Assembly (NCBI GenBank): GCA_963765495.1
Contig: CAVXWP010000010.1
Location: 32,001-96,000, forward strand
Direction of reading: 5' to 3'
From: Blastocatellia bacterium
GTDB taxonomy: Bacteria; Acidobacteriota; Blastocatellia; UBA7656
DNA: 64,000 bases
Position numbers and translations under genes: made by a program. Positions 29,401 to 38,959 of the stretch are shown one piece after another (the stretch's first letter is position 1; the number at the start of each line of letters is the position of its first letter). The notes beneath the pieces were generated by a model. It was not told the origin of the DNA and did not search any database. It was given only the letters and a program-made list of their open reading frames with translations.

Positions 29401-31110
29401 TTTATAACCGTGACCCAGCCGCCGCCGCCGCTTGTGATACTGACGACGCATCTGCCGGAGACGACCGCCGATCAGGGTTATTCCCAGACGCTTTCGGCGG
29501 CGGGCGGAGTGCCTCCCTACACCTGGACCATCGCGAGTGGCAGCCTGGGCCAGGGATTGAACCTCTCGGCGGCGGGCGTTATTTCAGGCATAGCCGCAAA
29601 TGCGGGCACAAGCGTCTTCGTAGTGCGCGTGACAGATTCGGCGCAACAGACCGTTCAACGCACGCTGGCAATCGAGATCAAACCGGCTGATAAACTCGCG
29701 CCGTTTGGAAATATTGAGACACCCGATTCGCGCGCAACGCTCAACCGCAACGCTACCGTGACAGGATGGGCGCTCGACAATGTGGGCATAGTCAAGGTAG
29801 AGATACTGGTTGACGGCACGAAGATGGGCGAAGCCATCTACGGGTTGCTGAGACCGGACATCGCCCTCGTATGGGGAAGTTTCCCCAAGGCAAATCTGTC
29901 GGGCTTCTCCTTTACATTTGACACCACGGTGTTGCCAAACGGCAGTCACACGCTTGTTGCCCGCGCGCTTGATCAGGCAGGCAATGCAACACTGATCGGT
30001 TCGCGCACGGTTCAAACGCAAAATCAGGTTCTGGTAATAACGACAGGCGATATCCCCAAAGGGAAAAAGGGCGAGTTCTACAGCACACAGTTGAACGCAG
30101 CCAACGGCGTTCAGCCCTATACCTGGACGCTCAACTCCGGGGCGCTCCCGCAAGGGCTTTCGTTGAATGTATCAGGCAGGATTTCAGGAACGCCCCAGGT
30201 ATCGGGCAATTTCTCGGTAGGTGTGCGCGTATCAGATGCGGCTGGCGCGTCTGCCACCTCTGTTTACACGCTAGTTGTGCAACCGGACTTTATTCCATTA
30301 ACGATACTGGTTTCGGGCGATCTGGACCCCGGAGTCAAAGGCGAACCCTATTCCTTCCATCTTCTGTTCACAGGAGGCAGACCGCCCTACCTGTGGGGAG
30401 ACGGAACCGGCACGCTTCCGCCGGGGCTGTCACTCAACTACGAGACGGGTATAATAAGCGGCACGCCGACGCAGGTGGGCAACTTTACCTTTACAGTAAA
30501 GCTGAATGACTCCACGCCATCGACGATCACAAGCCAGCCGCTTCGAATAAGGATAGATCCGGGTCCGCTTACAATTCTGAGCGCCGGTGCCCTGACGGCA
30601 GCGACGGTTGGCGAGATTTATTCTCAACAGATTCAATTCTCAGGCGGAGTCGGTCCATATACCTGGAGCCTGCAAAGCGGAGCCCTGCCTGCGGGGCTTT
30701 CACTAAACACCTCGACGGGAGCCATTACGGGGACGCCGAGCGAAATCGGAACATCTACCTTCACGGTGAAGTTGACTGACTCCACATCGGCTTCGGTCAC
30801 ATCCACATCCCTGAGCATAACCGTTATGCCTGGCCTGTTGACAATTCTCACAAATGGTGAGTTGACACCGGGCACAATAGGAAAAATCTACACTTATACG
30901 CTCTTAGGGACGGGTGGAGTTCTCCCTTACACTTGGTCCATAGAGAGTGGAGCCTTGCCTTCGGGAGTAACACTTGACGGGGCCACGGGAGTGATTTCCG
31001 GCACGCCTGCCGAGGTAGGCACTTATACTTTCACAGTAAAGCTAACCGATTCGACCACAGCGACGACGACCTCCGGCCCGCTCACAATCAACGTCGGCGC
31101 ACCTGATTAG
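26437..31110 (+). CDS. large secreted zinc metallopeptidase with FN3 and about 10 putative-Ig repeats
   Basis: signal peptide; HETGHIFYACDEY; FN3 (PTAPESL..YAYHVRAFN); repeated GGxxPYTW..SGxLPxGLxL..GxISGTP; GWALD Ig-like insert. Confidence 0.88.
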   Translation: MARVVFLSCAIVFLLITSTIPGHTSSGSSTADLKPQTLKSAAITGDYSLVLVDAGSREELDEADEFIQAQGGKVAFVFPPHAILGTISPDVSAKIIGQHKIRSIYHSTIGPGTTGYTDRETLSAIGLFNEMISGSLASRITNQAKKATGPGTDLPPLIDDSLPHQKADQSDMIRNLRSMGAHSSVAKFQSNIQPQFFSNSDSMDGKVAVAVFFMESNGGVDPNLYSWSEEDKNYAYQQVVQGLNWWVEQSSAFNLGRPLQFIIVPFYPDNPVCQQPYEPILHPASDANLWLDRIMSNVGSNSGTIYSRIAAFDRQIRDQNNANWAYSIFISYNPSPVRTSFTDGRASWAYIGGPHANVLFRSFGWDLARIVTHETGHIFYACDEYYQPGYQTCSCTCAPEIRPAAQNHNCQDASCTFNSVPCMMRLNEFGLCPYTVAQIGWTGTVQPPAPTAPESLVATAASPTQVDLIWQDTSKGTLGAASGFMIERRGGSSAEYSQIGTISAASASFSDTTVLPNTAYAYHVRAFNNTGESDFSNETTVITPVTASALSVSTDSLPDAVVGVPYDRTLSVNGGKPDYRWTIESGSLPSGFSLSQNGDISGTPTTAGTSNFAVRVTDGDNSSATKPLSLVVKPAAPLSLTTTSLPKASVGTTYSQNLGAKGGQTPYNWAVQSGNLPDGLILNQTTGAISGIPERAGSSSFVVTVTDQTATSVSATLSILVNPGINELTFDTESLPDGVVGQAYSRSLKASGGNSPYLWEIKRGALPQGLALSQAGAIEGKPQVSGEVEFDIQVSDQSGQSAVRTLSIDVDPSPELTIVSPTAPPQAALGVPYSVDFSATAGQQPYKWLKKNKAKFGTLPDGLSLSKEGRLSGTPTREGTFDFTIMVKDAGGKRATRPLTIEVGPPPPPLAVKTTSLPSALRDLPYNSLLEATGGLTPYTWAIESGILPDGLTMTSAGVISGTPTTIGSTTFTVRVQDSIGTTSLQTLFITVTQPPPPLVILTTHLPETTADQGYSQTLSAAGGVPPYTWTIASGSLGQGLNLSAAGVISGIAANAGTSVFVVRVTDSAQQTVQRTLAIEIKPADKLAPFGNIETPDSRATLNRNATVTGWALDNVGIVKVEILVDGTKMGEAIYGLLRPDIALVWGSFPKANLSGFSFTFDTTVLPNGSHTLVARALDQAGNATLIGSRTVQTQNQVLVITTGDIPKGKKGEFYSTQLNAANGVQPYTWTLNSGALPQGLSLNVSGRISGTPQVSGNFSVGVRVSDAAGASATSVYTLVVQPDFIPLTILVSGDLDPGVKGEPYSFHLLFTGGRPPYLWGDGTGTLPPGLSLNYETGIISGTPTQVGNFTFTVKLNDSTPSTITSQPLRIRIDPGPLTILSAGALTAATVGEIYSQQIQFSGGVGPYTWSLQSGALPAGLSLNTSTGAITGTPSEIGTSTFTVKLTDSTSASVTSTSLSITVMPGLLTILTNGELTPGTIGKIYTYTLLGTGGVLPYTWSIESGALPSGVTLDGATGVISGTPAEVGTYTFTVKLTDSTTATTTSGPLTINVGAPD

Positions 31111-31262
31111 GCAGTAGGCAGTAGGCAGTTAGTTGACGATCAAGACCCAACCAAAAGGGCTGGAAGCAGCTAAGGATATGGATATGAATAGTTGGTTCCC
31201 GCCTCCGGCGCTTTCACTGAAAAATGAAACCTCAAATCTGGAAACTGCCTACTGCCTACTGC
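31108..31262. repeat. heptamer (TAGGCAG) inverted arrays spanning two convergent stop codons
   Basis: TAGGCAGTAGGCAGTAGGCAGTT ... AACTGCCTACTGCCTACTGC. Confidence 0.85.
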
Positions 31263-32886
31263 TTCCCGAAAAGCCGGCCAGCGCAATGACTATCGCGTCA
31301 ATGTCGCCGCGAACCGGAGAGGTGCGATCCGAGTTGTAGTAATTGTTTAGAAGGATGGAAAAAGCCAGATGCTCTCCGGCTGCCGTCGCCACGTAGCCCG
31401 AAAGCGTATAGACATAGCTGAGCGAACCGGTTTTGGCTCTGACATTTCCTTCCGCCGGAGTCCCGTTCATTCGATTCTTCAAGGTGCCGTCTATCCCTGC
31501 GATGGGCAGCGCATCGCGAAAAGCCTCGGCAGCTTTATGACGATTCATAAAGCTGAGCAATCCGACCGTGGCATCAGGCGTTATCATATCGCGTCTCGAC
31601 AGGCCGGAACCTTCTTCGAGCACGACATCCCCCTTCTTTACTCCGACCTCTGACAAAAAGGCATTCATCGCCTCGATGCCCGCCTCTTCCGTAGTCTTTC
31701 CCGGTTGATCGTTTTGAGCACTCGCGGACTCCGGGCTCTGCGCCGCGTTTGCTCCGACTGTCAGCAACAGCAATTGCGCCCACAGATTTTGTGAAGGCTT
31801 GAGCGTCTCGCGGATCAAATCTTTGACCGGGAGCGATTGAACCGAGCCGAGATCAACCAGCTTCTTGAAATCAATCGGCGTGACTTCGCGGTAATGCCAG
31901 TCGAGCGTGCGAGTCCTCCCGGTTACGATTATTCCGCGTCGGGCGAGCGCCTCCTTAAACAGTGACGCAAACAGACCGGCAGGATTATGCACAGCCACAT
32001 AACCCGTGTATCCTGAACCGCCAAGCGGCAACTCCCCCGACACATAGACTATATTTTCGCCGACCGGGCGATAGACGGCCATGCGCGGCTGCCCGCCTTT
32101 GGCAATCGTCTTTGTCCTGTTGATAAACGAAACGTGAGAAGTAGGCGGCCCCGTAGATATGCGACACGGCATTCCCACCCGTTCGGCCGGCTTTACAAAC
32201 AGATCGAGCGCGTTGTCGTTTATCACAAGCGAAGAGACTTCCGCGCCGTAATACCATTGCAGATCGTCCCACTCCCAACCCGAGCCCAACGGCGGCCCCT
32301 GAAAATAGCTCTCATCCGCTATGAGATCGCCTTCGACCCGGCGGACGCCCGCGTTTGCGAGTTGCTCGATCAGAGGGTCAAACCCTTTGTAATAATCGCC
32401 GTCGTTTAACCTTGCAGCCATGCTGGGGTCGCCTCGTCCGTAAACTATGAGATCGCCCTTGATCGTGCCAGCAGCATCGGGCCTCACGGTTCCATAGAGC
32501 GAAGTCTTTATTCGATAATCGCTGCCCAATCGGTCCAGAGCGAGCGCGGCGGTGTAGAGTTTGGCGTTCGAGGCCGGGTTAAAATACTTTCCAGCGTTGT
32601 GTTCAAAGAAGACTTTTCCCGTGTCGAGCGAAATTACCTTTATACCCCATGCGGCAGGAGAGAATTGAGGCTGCGAAATTATGGCCGAAATACGCGCTCG
32701 AAGCGATTCAAGCGTCTCGGCCTGCTCTGACTTACCGCTTTGCGGGGCCTGTGCAAAAACAGATCCCGGCAGGGTTGAACTCGAAGCAAGTAAGAGCGCA
32801 ATAATCGCGCTTATGGAAGAGATGCGTTTGAGTCGTGAGACCATATTCATTTGACGCCTGAAGGGTACAGTCAGGATGCGTCTCAT
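31249..32886 (-). CDS. dacB: D-Ala-D-Ala carboxypeptidase/endopeptidase (peptidase S13)
   Basis: PASNAK (SxxK), SQN, KTG, GDP, GSGLSR; true start may be up to about 45 bp downstream. Confidence 0.93.
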   Translation of the reverse strand: MRRILTVPFRRQMNMVSRLKRISSISAIIALLLASSSTLPGSVFAQAPQSGKSEQAETLESLRARISAIISQPQFSPAAWGIKVISLDTGKVFFEHNAGKYFNPASNAKLYTAALALDRLGSDYRIKTSLYGTVRPDAAGTIKGDLIVYGRGDPSMAARLNDGDYYKGFDPLIEQLANAGVRRVEGDLIADESYFQGPPLGSGWEWDDLQWYYGAEVSSLVINDNALDLFVKPAERVGMPCRISTGPPTSHVSFINRTKTIAKGGQPRMAVYRPVGENIVYVSGELPLGGSGYTGYVAVHNPAGLFASLFKEALARRGIIVTGRTRTLDWHYREVTPIDFKKLVDLGSVQSLPVKDLIRETLKPSQNLWAQLLLLTVGANAAQSPESASAQNDQPGKTTEEAGIEAMNAFLSEVGVKKGDVVLEEGSGLSRRDMITPDATVGLLSFMNRHKAAEAFRDALPIAGIDGTLKNRMNGTPAEGNVRAKTGSLSYVYTLSGYVATAAGEHLAFSILLNNYYNSDRTSPVRGDIDAIVIALAGFSGSSRQ

Positions 32887-32957
32887 CGCAACCGCAAATG
32901 CGAGCGCCTGTTGTTAGCGCGTGCTATGAGCGCATGCCATGAGGCAATCTCTCTTAA

Positions 32958-32994
32958 TCTGAGATTTCAAATCTCAAATCTCAAATCTCAAATC
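32958..32994. repeat. heptamer (CAAATCT) array
   Basis: TCTGAGATTTCAAATCTCAAATCTCAAATCTCAAATC. Confidence 0.75.
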
Positions 32995-33014
32995 CTGGAT
33001 TGAGGGCCGCTATA

Positions 33015-33611
33015 TCAATTAGTTTTTTCATCCCCGGCAGCTTCTAATGCCCCTTCTACCTCCACTTCGGCGGGCGCGAGAATTGATCTGAGAGCGGCTG
33101 CGGGCAGTGGCGGCAAATTGATCTCTTCCACGCGCCAGCCACTATGTTGCAGCAATCCCTTTAGAGGCGGCTTGCGCTTTGCGCCGCCGATGAGTCGAAT
33201 GGTCGCCCGATCAAATCCTTCTTCCAGAGTGATCTGCTGCCCGCGCGAAGAGGGCACGATTGGAGCAAGCTTGATATAGCGTGTGATCGCTTCCTGACAG
33301 CTTTGCTGGAGCGAGCGGATAGCAACTCCGACCTCGGCATCAGAGTACGGCGACAGATCTTCGGTGAAAAAATCAATCAGCCGCGCGTGGCGCTGCAAAA
33401 GCGCAAGTATCTGCACTGCGCCATCGCTCGGGCTTATCGGTTCCGGCCCGGGTTTCGATTCAGGAGCAAAGGCAGGCGGGGTCATCGCTTCGGGGGCGAG
33501 CGCGGCGGGCAGCGAGATCAATTCCCGGACTACATCTTCGGGTATCTCACCGCTTCCAACAATCGAAAAAAAACATCTGAAAGCATAAGCAAAACGTCTA
33601 CCGATTCCCAT
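33015..33611 (-). CDS. DUF2760-like protein
   Basis: AVQILALLQRHARLIDF..Y.DAEVG, GLLQHSGWR, APAEVEV; GGAGG RBS before ATG 33611. Confidence 0.8.
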   Translation of the reverse strand: MGIGRRFAYAFRCFFSIVGSGEIPEDVVRELISLPAALAPEAMTPPAFAPESKPGPEPISPSDGAVQILALLQRHARLIDFFTEDLSPYSDAEVGVAIRSLQQSCQEAITRYIKLAPIVPSSRGQQITLEEGFDRATIRLIGGAKRKPPLKGLLQHSGWRVEEINLPPLPAAALRSILAPAEVEVEGALEAAGDEKTN

Positions 33612-33896
33612 TATGATTTCCTCCTGCACACGGGACCGCACACCCCCCGGTGTCTATCAACAAAAACAAACTCCTATGCTACAGTCTCGCTTGATATTTT
33701 GGCAATCGCCCCTCTGGACTTGCTTAAGCCCTATCTGCTAGTATGAGGCCGGAGAATGGCAGCTATGCGCGCTGTCGTAGTTTTTGATCTTAGGAGCGAC
33801 CTGATCCTCTGTTCGGAGAGCGTTTGATCCGTGTCTAGTTCATCCTCTTTCCCACAAAGCCCTGGAAGTTCCTTTTTAACCCGTTTCAGGAGAAAC

Positions 33897-34244
33897 ATGA
33901 GCAAAAGAATCTATGTAGGGAACCTGTCGTACCAGACGACGGAAGATGATCTAAACAACCTGTTCGAGCAGATAGGCGCGGTTGAATCGGTAAGCCTGAT
34001 AACCGACCGTGACACCGGACGCTCAAAAGGGTTTGGTTTTGTCGAAATGGATGATGAGCTTGCCGAGAAGGCAATTGCGCAACTCAATGGAAGCGAACTC
34101 GATGGCCGGACGCTCACAGTAAATGAAGCGCGACCGCGCACAGAGCGGAGCAATCGCGGCGGCGGCGGCGGCGGTCGCGGCGGCAATCGCGGCGGCGGTC
34201 GCGGCGGATACGGCGGCGGCGGCGGCGGATATAACCGATACTAA
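33897..34244 (+). CDS. RRM RNA-binding protein with Gly/Arg-rich tail
   Basis: RNP2 IYVGNL, RNP1 KGFGFVEM, VNEARP; AGGAG RBS. Confidence 0.95.
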   Translation: MSKRIYVGNLSYQTTEDDLNNLFEQIGAVESVSLITDRDTGRSKGFGFVEMDDELAEKAIAQLNGSELDGRTLTVNEARPRTERSNRGGGGGGRGGNRGGGRGGYGGGGGGYNRY

Positions 34245-34329
34245 CGGGAGGAGATTGCTCGGACTTTCCAGGGCTGAAAGTAAATCACCTCTGTATCCGG
34301 CATACTCCTGTTTGACATTCTTCCAGGCT

Positions 34330-34380
34330 AAAGCAGACCGATGAAAACTGTAACAGCAAAAATCTCTATCGGTCTGCTTT
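34330..34380. terminator. stem-loop downstream of the first RRM gene
   Basis: AAAGCAGACCGAT...ATCGGTCTGCTTT 13-bp stem. Confidence 0.5.
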
Positions 34381-34914
34381 AGAAAACGACCAGACAATTC
34401 GAGCCGGCAGATGAGTTTTGTCCGTGCAAAAGCGACGGTGAAATGATCTGCCCGAGTTGATTTCAAGAATTAGATCAACCAAGTAAACGTGGATAGATTC
34501 CAACCACTGAACGCCCCCTCGACGAGCATGCAAGCAAACCTGCCGCGCTGGGACCAATTTCAGAAGTCTCACATAGCGTGTATCGAGCGAGCGGCGAATT
34601 TGCTTTTTATAGTTTTTCTCAAATGATAAGCTACAAAGTTCCGGCAACATATCAAGATTTCTGTCAGCGCACACGAGGGGCTGCGAAGGCTAGCTGTGAG
34701 GAATCAGCCCCCGAATCTGCTTCAAATCCTGTGGAGCCCGAACGCAGTCGGAGTCGGAAAGGCCAGGATCAAAAACAGGACCGGTGGTACGGCCCTGTTC
34801 ACCTACAAACTTTTGTACCGCACAGACTCAGGCCTGCCCGCGTCCGGCATGCCGAGCCTGCGGTCAGCTCAAATCGAGTTGAGCTTGCATATCAATTTTT
34901 CAGAAAGGCTAGTG

Positions 34915-35499
34915 ATGGCTGTTCGTCTTTTCGTTGGTAATCTCCCCTACGACACAACCGAAGCGGATTTAAGGGAGCATTTCTCACCGGTCGGCACGAT
35001 TGTCTATGTGTATCTTCCAAAGGACCGTGAGACGGGCAAGCCCCGGGGGTTCGCTTTCGTCGAATTTGATACCCGTACAGAGGCCGAAGAAGCGATTAAA
35101 CGTTTCAACAATCAGCCCTTTAAAGGGAGGCCGATGGCAATCAACGAAGCGCGCGCCAAAGAGGATCGCCCGCGCTCGGCCGTTGCTTCAAGACCCATGG
35201 CCCCCCGCAATGATTGGCAAAACGAGCCGATAATAGACTTACCGCCGGAGGGCGGCGGCAAGCCCAGTCGCAATTTCGGTCCAGATGCCGCGCCTCGTCG
35301 AAAAGGCAAGCAACAACGACCTCAGAAATCGGAACGGGTTCCCAAGGGGCCGCTGCGCGAGCGAAGGGCGGGAGGCATCCTCTTTGACGAAGATGAAAAT
35401 GATTTTGAAAACTTTGAAGAGGATGATAACAGCGGTGAAAACTTCGCCAGTCGCGTAGACGATGACGACGACGAAACCGATTGGGGTGATCGTCGCTGA
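34915..35499 (+). CDS. RRM RNA-binding protein with basic then acidic tail
   Basis: LFVGNL, RGFAFVEF, INEARA; ATG 34915 after GAAAGG. Confidence 0.92.
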   Translation: MAVRLFVGNLPYDTTEADLREHFSPVGTIVYVYLPKDRETGKPRGFAFVEFDTRTEAEEAIKRFNNQPFKGRPMAINEARAKEDRPRSAVASRPMAPRNDWQNEPIIDLPPEGGGKPSRNFGPDAAPRRKGKQQRPQKSERVPKGPLRERRAGGILFDEDENDFENFEEDDNSGENFASRVDDDDDETDWGDRR

Positions 35500-36000
35500 G
35501 ATGCCAGGCCGGCCCTTGCGCCCCTTCTTCGATTTGAAAGGCGGTTGACCTGCGATAGATACGGATGTGTGCCCAAGTAGGGATCATCTCAAACCTTCGC
35601 CCGCTAAATCGCTTATCTGTTGAATAAGGCGAGGACCAGAGGGGATTTCAAGCCCTCGCCTTTCGCAGTTCCAGAGATAACATATCGAGCGTGGCCGTGA
35701 ACTGCGGCTCTGATTCTAGTATGGAGAGTGGTCAAATTTTCTCCAGAAAATGAATTACCATCTATCTTACATAAAAAATCTTATTTGCCTATCGGGAAAA
35801 ACGAGCGGTCTACCGGGGAAATCCCTAGCCTGAGAACCATCTGGTTCTCAGTTTGGCCTGTCGGGATGAGAAACTACTAATTGCTCTATAAAAAAACATA
35901 ACGTGCTTTGTGGCTTTTCGAGAAAAAATTCATGCAAAGGCGCAAAGTAGGCGAGGATTTCCTGAGAATCATATTGCCCTGTAGCTCAGGTCCCTGTAGC

Positions 36001-36657
36001 TCAGGTCTCTTTCAGCCAGCCTTGCAACAAAGCGTAGCGCACTATATCTGTGCGGCTGCGGAGGTCGAGTTTTTCCATAAAGCGAGTTTTGTGATATTCG
36101 ACCGTCTTGACGCTAATGCCAAGACTTGCGGCTATCTCTTTATTGCTATGTCCCCAGGCGATCAGACGCAGCACCTCGGTTTCGCGCGCGCTCAAGGGCT
36201 TTGCAGTGGTTTTCCCCTTTGCCCGCTGGCGACCGACGAAGTTCTCAACCACGGAGTTTTTAAGCATCGGATCAAGATAGGTGCCGCCTGTCGCCACTAT
36301 ACGAATCGCGTTGATCAACTCTTCGGCGGCAGCCTGTTTGAGCGCGTACCCACGCGCCCCTGCCTGTAGTAATTTCTGCAAGTATCCCTGATCGCTGTGT
36401 CGGGTCAGGGCGAGTATTCGTATATCGGGGTTGGATTGCTTCAATTGACGGGTGGCATCTGCGCCGTTCATCTCAGGCATAGAGACATCCATCACAACCA
36501 CATCAACTCGGGGGCAGTCGCGTATCTGCTTCAGGGCGGTCCTGCCGTCTCCGGCCTGTCCGACAACTTCCATATCCATCTGAGTATTGACAAGCAGCCT
36601 GAGCCCTTCGCGCAAGGCGGCGTGATCATCTACCAGAAAGACGCGCAGCTTTTCCAT
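36001..36657 (-). CDS. NarL/LuxR-family response regulator
   Basis: REC plus LSARETEVL..SNKEIA..ISVKTVEYH HTH. Confidence 0.95.
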   Translation of the reverse strand: MEKLRVFLVDDHAALREGLRLLVNTQMDMEVVGQAGDGRTALKQIRDCPRVDVVVMDVSMPEMNGADATRQLKQSNPDIRILALTRHSDQGYLQKLLQAGARGYALKQAAAEELINAIRIVATGGTYLDPMLKNSVVENFVGRQRAKGKTTAKPLSARETEVLRLIAWGHSNKEIAASLGISVKTVEYHKTRFMEKLDLRSRTDIVRYALLQGWLKET

Positions 36658-36669
36658 AAAGTAGCGGTT

Positions 36670-38688
36670 TCAAACCTGATGCCGCGAGAGTGGGATGCGC
36701 ACAAAGAGTGTAGTCCCCGCGCCGGGTGCGGATTCGATATTGAGCGTTCCGCCGACCTGTGAAACCCGCTCCTGCATACCCAGCAACCCAAGTTTTCGCC
36801 TTATATTTGGGGATTGTTTTATACCGTCAACATCAAACCCGCAACCGTTATCTTCAACGATGGCCAGAATGTGATCATTGCGGCGCTCAAGTATCAGGCT
36901 TGCGCGGCTGGCCTCGGCGTGTTTCAAGATATTGGTCAGCGCCTCCTGCACGATGCGGTAAAGAGTAGTCTCTATGTCGGGCGGCAGCCGGTCACGGTCT
37001 ATGCCCGTACTGTGAAAATCTATGGGAATGCGGTTGCGGTCTGACCACTCACGGATGTGGTTGGTCAGCGCCGTATACAGCCCCAGATCGTCGAGTGTAG
37101 GAGGTCGCAACTCAATCGCCAGACGGTCTACTTCCTTATCGAGTTGCTCTACGATTTTTTGCAATGAATCTATGTGCTCAAAGGATTGCGCAGGCGAGGA
37201 TTCCCTGAACGCGTTCAGCCTTAACATGAGCGCGGCCAGATGTTGTCCCATCTGATCGTGCAATTCGCGAGATATGCGACGGCGCTCTTCTTCCTGAGCA
37301 AAGACGAGTTGCCTGAGTATCTCTCTGCGAGCCTCTTCGGCCCTTTTGCGTTCGGTCACATCGCGCTGATTGCCCCATGCCCGCACCAGAAAACCGTTTT
37401 CTATAATGCCGATCAAATTATTTACCGCGTGCCACGGATTTCCATCCTTATTCAACTCTACCGATTCGGCGTCGGTCAATCTGTACCCGGAACGAATAAA
37501 TGCGCGAAGGTATTCGATGTTTTTTGGTTGCGAAGGGTTTAGAAGATCTCTCAAACTCACCCCAAGAATCTCCGCCGCCTTTGAAAAGCCGTACATACGG
37601 GCCATCGCGTCGTTACATTCGGCCAGATGGCCGTAACGATAGATGAGTTTGATCTGCTCGTCTTCGGATAACTCTATCGATATGGGTTGAGCAGCTTCGA
37701 ATCGCCATATCCCCTCCGAGCTTTGCGCAACAAATGCCCTGTAGCGTTCCTCGCTTTTTCTGAGCGCCTCTTCGGCCTCTCTTCTTTCGGTAATATCTCT
37801 AAGAATGCCGCGAAACCCGACCGCCCGACCCTCTTCCATAATGAGAGAGACCGAAACTTCTATGACACGATAGCTGTCATCTTTTGCCCTGACCTCGTAA
37901 TCGAATCCTCCGGCAGCCTCATGGGTTCTATAGACCCGATTGAAGACGGCAAATACTTTTCGAGCGGTATCAGGGTCTGTGTACTCTCGATAGTTCACGC
38001 CCTTGATCTCCTGCCCGGAGCATCTGAAAATATTGCAGACCGACTGGTTGAAGAAAGTGAAATTGCCTTTAAGGTCAACCTCATAATAGCCGTCCTGAAT
38101 ATTATTGAGTATAGCCCGATATTTCTCTTCGCTTTGTCGCAGGGCCTCTTCGGTTTGCGTGCGTTCGATGATCTCGTTTTGCAATGCGAGATTTGTCTTC
38201 TCAAGATCGGCTGTTCTCTGCCGGATGTGCATCTCCAGATCAAGGTGCGCTTTTCGGCGTTCCTCTTCGATCCGCTTGCGCTCACTCATATCACGATTGA
38301 CGGTCACATATCCGGCGCATTCGCCGTTTTCCCGGCGCAGCGCAATCGTAGTCGCTTCGACATAGACCGGTTCGCCATCCCTGCGATATTGAATGAATTC
38401 CAGCCGGTATCTGCCCGTATCGCGCAAGGCGAGGAGGATCGCCTCCCGGCTTTCCGCGCTCAACTCCGAGCGGAAGAATTCCCTTATATCGCGATTGATA
38501 ACCTCTTCGGCCTTCCAGCCGTACATCTGCTCGGCGGCCAGATTCCAGGCCGTCACCATCATAGACTCGTCAACCGCGATAACCGCGTCGTGTATGTTGT
38601 CCAGCAAATATGCCAGATACCCAATGCGCTCTTCGGCCAGACCAACATGGCTCTGCGCAAAATCATCGCCTACGGCCATAGTATCCAA
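36670..38688 (-). CDS. cytoplasmic 3xPAS histidine kinase (HisKA_3)
   Basis: ERRRISRELHDQMGQ, QEALTNILKH, DNGCGF, GLLGMQER. Confidence 0.93.
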   Translation of the reverse strand: MDTMAVGDDFAQSHVGLAEERIGYLAYLLDNIHDAVIAVDESMMVTAWNLAAEQMYGWKAEEVINRDIREFFRSELSAESREAILLALRDTGRYRLEFIQYRRDGEPVYVEATTIALRRENGECAGYVTVNRDMSERKRIEEERRKAHLDLEMHIRQRTADLEKTNLALQNEIIERTQTEEALRQSEEKYRAILNNIQDGYYEVDLKGNFTFFNQSVCNIFRCSGQEIKGVNYREYTDPDTARKVFAVFNRVYRTHEAAGGFDYEVRAKDDSYRVIEVSVSLIMEEGRAVGFRGILRDITERREAEEALRKSEERYRAFVAQSSEGIWRFEAAQPISIELSEDEQIKLIYRYGHLAECNDAMARMYGFSKAAEILGVSLRDLLNPSQPKNIEYLRAFIRSGYRLTDAESVELNKDGNPWHAVNNLIGIIENGFLVRAWGNQRDVTERKRAEEARREILRQLVFAQEEERRRISRELHDQMGQHLAALMLRLNAFRESSPAQSFEHIDSLQKIVEQLDKEVDRLAIELRPPTLDDLGLYTALTNHIREWSDRNRIPIDFHSTGIDRDRLPPDIETTLYRIVQEALTNILKHAEASRASLILERRNDHILAIVEDNGCGFDVDGIKQSPNIRRKLGLLGMQERVSQVGGTLNIESAPGAGTTLFVRIPLSRHQV

Positions 38689-38793
38689 AACTCAAACTGC
38701 ACGGTTTTCTAAAATCAAGCTTGTGATCACATTTTTATGACAAATTCGCGCCGCAAGTCAAGAAGTGTTGTGCGATACCTGAAAAGAAGTTGA

Positions 38794-38863
38794 ACGGGAT
38801 TTACGGAATCTTCAGAATTCTTCCAATTGCGTTTTGAAAAATTTTAATCCCGTAAATCCTGTC
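38794..38863. repeat. 9-bp-period hairpin (GACAGGATT family), degenerate
   Basis: ACGGGATTTACGGAAT...AATCCCGTAAATCCTGTC. Confidence 0.75.
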
Positions 38864-38959
38864 AAGAAAATATCGGGTGGCTTTGCCGCTGTCGCGGTTC
38901 CATACTTTGACTCTCGCATGCATCCTAGTATAATTACGCTTTCCGGTCAGTCGGGCAGG

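Noticed and set aside
35830-36007. Palindrome CTGAGAACCA-TC-TGGTTCTCAG and a 15-bp duplication at the LuxR regulator stop
   Set aside because: Single short occurrences that cannot be assigned a function from sequence alone
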